Below, piece after piece: positions 58,020 to 64,000 of a stretch of DNA of 64,000 nt. The notes beneath the pieces were generated by a model, which did not search any database, was not told the origin of the DNA, and worked only from the letters and a program-made list of their open reading frames with translations. Source of the stretch: an uncultured Alphaproteobacteria bacterium (GTDB lineage: Bacteria; Pseudomonadota; Alphaproteobacteria; Rs-D84); NCBI GenBank assembly GCA_944392565.1, contig CALXWX010000003.1:66964-130963 (forward strand), written 5' to 3'. Every line of letters starts with the position of its first letter. The first letter of the stretch is position 1. The position numbers and the translations under genes are program-made.

Positions 58020-59081
58020 CTATTTTTTAGATGCGGCGTTTGTAAAGAATCCAGGAATGGAAAAATCATCATCATTTGCAGCGATTCCCGCCCATCCAAA
58101 TAAATCACCCATTATTCCATTTTCTTCGCGTTTCGCCTTTTTAAACGGTAAAATGTTTTTTAATTTACCAATTTTGCTGTGCGATTCTGGTTTGGGTTCT
58201 GCGGGGATTTTATCTTGATTTTCGGCAAATTCTGCCGCCAGTTGTTCCAATGTCGCATCCGTTTCATCAGATGTTTCAACAATGTCAATTTGTTCAGTGT
58301 CCATTTCTGTAATTGTGGTATCGTCAATTGCATCTTCGCGCATTGGCGCCATGCTTTCTAGCAATTGTTCCAGTGTTTTTTCCACTGGCGCACTGGGGGC
58401 ATCATCATTTATCATATCTGCGATGGTTGTCGTGTGAACTGTTTCCCCAGAATTTTCATCAACCGGCGTTGCCAGTTCCGTGCTGACATCAATATCATCA
58501 ATTATTGGTGCATCATTATCTGGAATATCTGCGTCGTGTTCTGTGGTATCATCTGTTTTTGTATTTGCATCCGCTTTTTTTGCGGCTAATACAGACAAAA
58601 TCGGAATAATTTTTTCCGCCCCAGATTCATGCGTCGCAACATCATCTGCATTTGATACAGGCGATTCCTGAACTGGCATATCGGACTTTAATTCTGTATC
58701 ATTGGCGTCTGAATGAACCGCCTTGCGACGACCGCGCGTTTTTTTTGGTGCCGGTTCCACAACATCGGTTGATATAATTTCTTCGGTTGCGACCGTATCG
58801 ATAATTTCAGGCATATTATCTGGTGCGGGGGATATTATTTGTGCTGTATCTGGGGTTATTTCATGTGCGGGATTTTCGTCTGTTTGAATAATTTCTGTAA
58901 TATTGGTGTTTGACGTGTTATCATCAGAACATGCCAATGCATCATCATTATCGACCGGCACACCGAATAAAACGGTATCTGTCCCCAGGTTTAATGTGTT
59001 TCGAACCTCATCAAAAGCGGCACGAATATCGGACATTTTGAATAATTCATTACCAGAAATATAAATGATTTTTGTTTTCAT
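58020..59081 (-). CDS. Highly acidic, low-complexity protein with a small N-terminal folded region
   Basis: 353 aa. The N-terminal ~50 aa are non-repetitive (MKTKIIYISGNELFKMSDIRAAFDEVRNTL). The remainder is D/E/T/P-rich. Likely intrinsically disordered. Confidence 0.3.
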   Translation of the reverse strand: MKTKIIYISGNELFKMSDIRAAFDEVRNTLNLGTDTVLFGVPVDNDDALACSDDNTSNTNITEIIQTDENPAHEITPDTAQIISPAPDNMPEIIDTVATEEIISTDVVEPAPKKTRGRRKAVHSDANDTELKSDMPVQESPVSNADDVATHESGAEKIIPILSVLAAKKADANTKTDDTTEHDADIPDNDAPIIDDIDVSTELATPVDENSGETVHTTTIADMINDDAPSAPVEKTLEQLLESMAPMREDAIDDTTITEMDTEQIDIVETSDETDATLEQLAAEFAENQDKIPAEPKPESHSKIGKLKNILPFKKAKREENGIMGDLFGWAGIAANDDDFSIPGFFTNAASKK

Positions 59082-59162
59082 AGAATTAAATCCCCCACTG
59101 ATGCCGTCATTATATCACATTTTGCTGTTGAACGCATGCAAAAAATATCTTAAACTGTAAAT

Positions 59163-59372
59163 ATGTCTGATATAAAACAGCAAATATTTCAAGAACTGTC
59201 CACACTGGAAGATATCGCCACGCGTCTGCGTTCTACGGCGGTAAATGCGGGGCGCCAAACGGATTTAGAGGTGGCAATTTTAACCGAACAGGTAAAAAGC
59301 CTGCGTGAACGGAATAGCCGCGCCACAGAAATGATAAATCAATCTATATCAATATTAAAGAAATTGAAATGA
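59163..59372 (+). CDS. Small coiled-coil protein upstream of zapA (DUF4164/ZauP-like)
   Basis: 69-aa all-coiled-coil protein. It overlaps the zapA start by 4 nt (ATGA), the arrangement seen upstream of zapA in alphaproteobacteria. Confidence 0.35.
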   Translation: MSDIKQQIFQELSTLEDIATRLRSTAVNAGRQTDLEVAILTEQVKSLRERNSRATEMINQSISILKKLK

Positions 59373-59644
59373 GTGTTGTATCAATACCAATTGTTAATAA
59401 AAATTACCCGATGGGCTGTGAAGACGGTCAAGAATCGCGTTTGATTGAATTGGGTAAAATGGTCGATGCCCGTGCGCGTGAAATATTGGATAAAATCGGA
59501 CCATTGCCAGAAAATGCATTGCTGGCAACATTGTGTATTGTCCTGGCGGACGAGGTTCGAAATCGCCCAACGCCCGCAATAACAGACGCCGAATTGCGTG
59601 AAATATTGGCGCGAATTCGTGAAATTAAAAACAAGATTAGTTAA
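59369..59644 (+). CDS. zapA: Cell division protein ZapA
   Basis: N-terminus VSIPIVNKNYPMGCEDGQESRLIELGKMVDARAREI follows the ZapA pattern V.V.I.G..Y.l.C...e...L..aa..ld. C-terminal coiled coil. About 90 aa. Confidence 0.55.
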   Translation: MSVVSIPIVNKNYPMGCEDGQESRLIELGKMVDARAREILDKIGPLPENALLATLCIVLADEVRNRPTPAITDAELREILARIREIKNKIS

Positions 59645-59670
59645 AAAAACGCGCATAATGCGCGTTTTTA
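59643..59670. terminator. Bidirectional rho-independent terminator
   Basis: aaaaaaacgcgcataatgcgcgttttta. Confidence 0.65.
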
Positions 59671-60417
59671 TCTGCTGTGTTGACGCAATTGATTTATTTT
59701 TTTATTTTGCACCATTGCAAATGTATTTGCTGTATCTGTATGTTCAGATTTATTTATTGGCTGCAATGCTATTTCGCGTCCTTCGCGCCAACCTTCGACA
59801 ACACATATTGCGCTGACAACGCGTTCCATTTGTTCTGGGGTTAAATCGCGGATTTTTTTGTTTATATCCAGCCCCGTCATTTTGCGCAGACGATTTTTAT
59901 AATTTTGTGTGTCATTTTCATGTGGTGGGGCATATTTAGTTATTGCCTGACCAATTGATAAATTGCAATATTTATCAGACTTTAATAATTCCGCAATTGC
60001 ACGACGACCTGTTTCTTCGTCTGGGAATACGGCAAAACCGCCAGCCTTGCCAATTGCGCCCTGTTCAGCGGCAAAATCAGAATATCTTATGCACCCTGGG
60101 TTATTATTGCGCCATGCGCGTGTGCCACCACTGCGTTTAAATTTATTACCATTTGCGCGTGTATATACAACATCATACCGTTGCGCGATTGCACTGACCG
60201 GTTCTTGGGCCAGCATATCGTATGATACAAAATTATAATCCGCATTTACAGTATCGGGGGCATTTACTGATTTGGGTTGCACATTTAATGTGGTTTTTGT
60301 GGTATCTGCATATGTTGAATCAGATGCAGATTTTTCATTTGAACCCATTGTTGAACCCGAACCAAATAACATTGCCGCACTGGTTAAAAAGTACGGAATT
60401 GTGCGTTTGAAACTCAT
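59668..60417 (-). CDS. Secreted protein carrying the same ~120-aa conserved C-terminal module as 56942..58000
   Basis: Signal peptide MSFKRTIPYFLTSAAMLFGSGS. C-terminus SGGTRAWRNNNPGCIRYSDFAAEQGAIGKAGGFAVFPDEETGRRAIAELL...AITKYAPPHENDTQNY...MTGLDINKKIRDLTPEQMERV...VEGW. Confidence 0.35.
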   Translation of the reverse strand: MSFKRTIPYFLTSAAMLFGSGSTMGSNEKSASDSTYADTTKTTLNVQPKSVNAPDTVNADYNFVSYDMLAQEPVSAIAQRYDVVYTRANGNKFKRSGGTRAWRNNNPGCIRYSDFAAEQGAIGKAGGFAVFPDEETGRRAIAELLKSDKYCNLSIGQAITKYAPPHENDTQNYKNRLRKMTGLDINKKIRDLTPEQMERVVSAICVVEGWREGREIALQPINKSEHTDTANTFAMVQNKKINQLRQHSR

Positions 60418-60756
60418 TTTTATACCTCCTTTGCAATCAAACAGACACGACCGACATATGTCGGACAGTCAATTGTTTTCAATGTTCTTTTTTTGATTGG
60501 TTCGTCGCAATAGAGCAATTTGCGGCGTACATTCAGACATATTGGCGAACCATTATGCCCCGACTTGCCATTCTTTCGGCAGCCCGCCCCGTCACCAGGG
60601 AACCAAAGTTTGTATATACATATAGAACGAAATTTTGAAATTTCAAGTAAAAAATGCAAAAAATATTAAATTTTTTAATGAATTTTTAAAATATGCGTAT
60701 TCAACAGATTTTTTCGGTTGTTATTTTTCATCAAATGTTCTAAATTTTTCGGTATC

Positions 60757-62988
60757 ATGAGTAAAGAAATTATCGAAAGAATTGATTCACAACAGTTGTC
60801 AGATGCATTATCTGAACGCTATTTATCATACGCGGTCAGTACGATTGTATCCCGCGCATTGCCCGATGTTCGCGATGGACTGAAACCAGTGCATCGCCGT
60901 ATTTTGTATTCTATGTTGCGCCAAAAACTGTCGCCCAACGCTGCGTTTCGCAAATGTGCAACGGTTGTTGGCGATGTGTTGGGACATTACCACCCGCATG
61001 GTGATTCATCTGTATATGATGCGATGGTTCGCCTGGCACAGGATTTTTCCGTACGCTATCCATTAATTGATGGCCAGGGTAACTTTGGTAATATCGATGG
61101 TGACCCCCAGGCGGCATATCGATACACTGAATCCAAGATGACCGATGCCGCAATGCTGATTATGGATGGCATTGATGAAGACAGCGTTGACATGATGCCA
61201 AATTTTGACGGCACAACAACGGAACCGGTTGTTATGCCAGGGGCATTCCCGAACCTGTTGGCGAACGGCGGCATGGGAATTGCGGTTGGTATGGCAACAA
61301 ATATTCCAACCCACAATGTGGCAGAGGTTTGTGATGCACTGACCCTGGTTGTTGATAATCCAGACGCCACGACCGCCCAGATTATGAAAAAATTGGTCGG
61401 TCCGGATTTCCCAACGGGTGGCATATTAATTGATTCTTTTGATACAATTGTAAAGAATTATGACGCTGGGCGTGGCGCATTCAGAATCCGCGCAAAATGG
61501 GAAGTTGAAAAATTGGACCGCGGGGCAGAGCAGGTTGTTATCACCGAAATCCCATATGGATTAATAAAATCGAAACTGGTGGAACAAATTGCCAGTATGA
61601 TTGATTCCAAAAAATTACCGTTGGTTGACGATATATCCGATGAATCAACCACAGATGTTCGCATTGTTATCACCCCAAAAAGTCGTAATGTCCCGGCGGA
61701 TAAAATGATGGCACACCTGTTCGCAATGACGGATTTGGAATACAAATTCAACATGAACTTTAATGTCATTGATTCGCGTGGTGTACCGCGTGTTATGGGC
61801 ATTGGGGATGTATTGCGTGAATTTATCGCGCACCAGAAAAATGTACTGGTGCGGCGAACGAATTGGCGTTTGGGCAACATTGCGCGGCGGCTGGAAATAC
61901 TGGGCGGGTTATTAATTGTTTATCTGAATCTGGACCGGGTGATTGAAATTATCCGCAATGAAGATGACCCAAAGTCGGTACTGGTCGCAGAATTTAATTT
62001 AACCGATGTCCAGGTAGAGGCAATTTTAAACACCCGTCTGCGTTCATTGCGCAAACTGGAAGAAATGGAAATTCGACGCGAAGATGCCGCATTACTGGCG
62101 GAACAGAAAGAATTAAATGAATTATTAGCCAGCCCCGATCGTCAAAATGAACAGTTAAAGGCATGGTTTGCCGATATTAAAAAGCGTTATGATAAAAAGA
62201 CCATATTGGGGCGCCGTCGTACCCAATGGGTGCCATCGACCGCCGATATAGTTGTTAATACCGATGAATTTATTGAAAAAGAACCATTAACAATTATTTT
62301 ATCAAACATGGGCTGGATTCGTGCGGCAAAGGGACATCTGGATTTATCTGCATTGGATGTAAAATTCAAAGAAGGTGATGAATTACAATTTGCATTCCAC
62401 GCAATGTCGACGGACAAGATAAACTTGTTTGCCAGTGGCGGTAAAATGTTCACCATTGCGGCAAATGATTTGCCGTCTGCGCGTGGGTTCGGGGAATCTG
62501 TGCGTATGATGGTGGATATTGGCGCAGATGAAAATATTATATCGGCATTTGTACTGAATCCATCCGCAAAATATTTGCTGGTTGGGCGCCATGGAACCGG
62601 ATTTATTGTATCGGGTGAAAACTGCTTGGCACAAACGCGCACCGGAAAACAGGTTATGAATACTGATGCGCGCAATCCGGCAATAATGTGCGTGCCGGTA
62701 TCTGGTGATACGATTGCGATATCGGGTTCAAACGATAAATTATTAATATTCCCAACATCTGAAATACCCGAAATGACCCGGGGCAAGGGTGTTATATTAC
62801 AGAAATATAACGCCGAACGCACATATGTGCTGGATGTAATGTTCTTTAACGCATCTGATGGATTCGGTTGGACCACGGGGCGGGGAACAACAAAGCTGGA
62901 CGATTGGTCCCCATGGACGGGGCGCCGTGCATCCCAGGGACGCACCGTACCAGTTGGTTTCCCACGCAGTGGAAAATTTGGCAAATAA
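60757..62988 (+). CDS. parC: DNA topoisomerase IV subunit A (GyrA/ParC family)
   Basis: ORF 60718..62988. The likely start is MSKEIIERI. Active-site region AAMRYTE-like ([11 protein letters not shown]). HPHGD. About 745 aa, without a long GyrA C-terminal extension. Confidence 0.8.
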   Translation: MSKEIIERIDSQQLSDALSERYLSYAVSTIVSRALPDVRDGLKPVHRRILYSMLRQKLSPNAAFRKCATVVGDVLGHYHPHGDSSVYDAMVRLAQDFSVRYPLIDGQGNFGNIDGDPQAAYRYTESKMTDAAMLIMDGIDEDSVDMMPNFDGTTTEPVVMPGAFPNLLANGGMGIAVGMATNIPTHNVAEVCDALTLVVDNPDATTAQIMKKLVGPDFPTGGILIDSFDTIVKNYDAGRGAFRIRAKWEVEKLDRGAEQVVITEIPYGLIKSKLVEQIASMIDSKKLPLVDDISDESTTDVRIVITPKSRNVPADKMMAHLFAMTDLEYKFNMNFNVIDSRGVPRVMGIGDVLREFIAHQKNVLVRRTNWRLGNIARRLEILGGLLIVYLNLDRVIEIIRNEDDPKSVLVAEFNLTDVQVEAILNTRLRSLRKLEEMEIRREDAALLAEQKELNELLASPDRQNEQLKAWFADIKKRYDKKTILGRRRTQWVPSTADIVVNTDEFIEKEPLTIILSNMGWIRAAKGHLDLSALDVKFKEGDELQFAFHAMSTDKINLFASGGKMFTIAANDLPSARGFGESVRMMVDIGADENIISAFVLNPSAKYLLVGRHGTGFIVSGENCLAQTRTGKQVMNTDARNPAIMCVPVSGDTIAISGSNDKLLIFPTSEIPEMTRGKGVILQKYNAERTYVLDVMFFNASDGFGWTTGRGTTKLDDWSPWTGRRASQGRTVPVGFPRSGKFGK

Positions 62989-63014
62989 AAAATCCCCATT
63001 TGGGGATTTTTTTT
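62987..63014. terminator. Bidirectional rho-independent terminator
   Basis: aaaaaatccccatttggggatttttttt. Confidence 0.65.
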
Positions 63015-63015
63015 A

Positions 63016-63987
63016 TTAAAACCGTTGTTGTAATGTAAATTCAATTGACCATTTATCATATTCGCGTTGCCACATATTTGAATCGCGGCGCGTATAACTG
63101 AAAATCACTGTGGGAACAAACCCCAGAATGCTAAATTTATTGTTTGATACAGACAGCGAATATCGTTGTGAAAAATCGCGTTCAACGATTTGTGAAAATT
63201 TTCCATCTTGGACCGACCATTGCGCTGCGTCATAATTTTGCCAATAAAACATGGGCTGGGCAAATATTCCAAATCCATATGGTAATTCGGCACCAATGCC
63301 AATGCTGACGCTGGGTTGCCAGTATGAATATGTATCTGATGCCGCGTTTTCGCGTAAAATTCCACCGCGTAATATTGTATAAATATTTGGGGTTATTGAA
63401 TAAAAAATTTGTGCGCTGGTGGAATATGTGTCGCCATTTAAGTATTCGCCGAATTTATCATAAATATTTCGACCATATTGCAAAGACAGCCCACCCGATA
63501 GCTTCCTGGTAAAATCGTAATTTGCATTTATTCGTGCGCCTGCGGTCCAATTATATCCATCCCACCCATACCAGCGGCGCGCCGCGGTAGCTGCCAACCA
63601 AACATCACCGCGCGACCATATATATCGTGGACCTGTGCTGGCATACAGATATATATCATCATAATCATGTAAATCATAAAAATTTGAATACAGCCCCGCA
63701 TCTGATTTCCATCGCCATTGGTCAGACAATTTGAATTCATAATCGCCCCCCAATGTCAGGTTATACCCAACCGCAGATTCTGGTTCAATCAGATTGCGAC
63801 ACATTGGACCGAAAATCGTCATAACACATTCTGTGCCACCGGTTGCATTATTGACATTATTATCTGGCGCGGCGCCAAAATTAAAAAATACATTCCAGTT
63901 TTTATTTTGTCGAATTACATACCGGTAATAGTTCATCATTTGACGAATATTTTCTGGCAAATCACGCCCCGCCATTGCCAATCGCAA
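63016..63987 (-). CDS. Outer-membrane beta-barrel protein (DUF560/Slam-like barrel?), possibly extending beyond the window
   Basis: Aromatic-rich amphipathic strands and C-terminal LQQRF. The upstream part may continue past position 64000. Confidence 0.3.
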   Translation of the reverse strand: MRLAMAGRDLPENIRQMMNYYRYVIRQNKNWNVFFNFGAAPDNNVNNATGGTECVMTIFGPMCRNLIEPESAVGYNLTLGGDYEFKLSDQWRWKSDAGLYSNFYDLHDYDDIYLYASTGPRYIWSRGDVWLAATAARRWYGWDGYNWTAGARINANYDFTRKLSGGLSLQYGRNIYDKFGEYLNGDTYSTSAQIFYSITPNIYTILRGGILRENAASDTYSYWQPSVSIGIGAELPYGFGIFAQPMFYWQNYDAAQWSVQDGKFSQIVERDFSQRYSLSVSNNKFSILGFVPTVIFSYTRRDSNMWQREYDKWSIEFTLQQRF

Positions 63988-64000
63988 TTGATAATCTGCG

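Noticed and set aside
1-64000. Searched for CRISPR arrays, IS elements/transposases, integrases, rRNA genes and toxin-antitoxin pairs
   Set aside because: No regularly spaced direct repeats, no transposase or tyrosine/serine recombinase-like ORFs, and no rRNA-like conserved stretches were found. The only small HTH gene (19767..20024) has no adjacent toxin-like partner.

Overview
This 64 kb window is a chromosomal segment from an AT-rich Gram-negative bacterium. A-tract/GC-hairpin/T-tract bidirectional terminators are frequent, and many adjacent genes overlap at TAATG or ATGA junctions. Most of it is housekeeping: proS, ldh, sodB, gap, miaA, priA, dimeric glyRS, a 2x[4Fe-4S] ferredoxin, lgt, a heterodimeric ABC exporter pair, tag, ogt, nrdDG, lptE-holA, map, radC, zapA and parC. 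Several features hint at an anaerobic or microaerophilic alphaproteobacterium-like organism: the olsB-olsA pair, the lptE-holA arrangement, zapA preceded by a small coiled-coil gene, anaerobic ribonucleotide reductase and ferredoxin. This taxonomy is inference only. Three parts look accessory. (1) Positions 0-8.4 kb hold a six-gene minus-strand glycosyltransferase operon (GT8, GT2, GT4 and a GT2-GT4 fusion), plausibly for LPS or surface polysaccharide. (2) Positions 34.5-42.2 kb hold a compositionally mosaic island of about 7.5 kb directly 3' of tRNA-Ser(UGA), with a degenerate 5'-half copy of that tRNA 156 bp upstream. The island is dense in nuclease-type genes: two stand-alone HNH endonucleases, a NERD nuclease, a GC-rich DUF488 pair, and a tightly coupled NUDIX (MutT-like) plus NERD-like PD-(D/E)xK nuclease / DUF2075-type SF1 ATPase operon followed by a truncated ORF. 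No integrase was found, so the island looks decayed. The nuclease-plus-helicase content makes it the best candidate in the window for an undescribed defence module. (3) Positions 50.8-53.3 kb form an AT-rich insert encoding a hypothetical protein and a Cys-rich secreted protein. Other points: nrdD appears naturally split, with its C-terminal glycyl-radical segment in a separate small ORF that has its own strong RBS; a conserved C-terminal module of about 120 aa is shared by two envelope proteins flanking zapA; and an OMP-OMP-Gly-rich secreted protein trio sits at 12.6-16.7 kb. No CRISPR array, IS element, rRNA or integrase was recognised.
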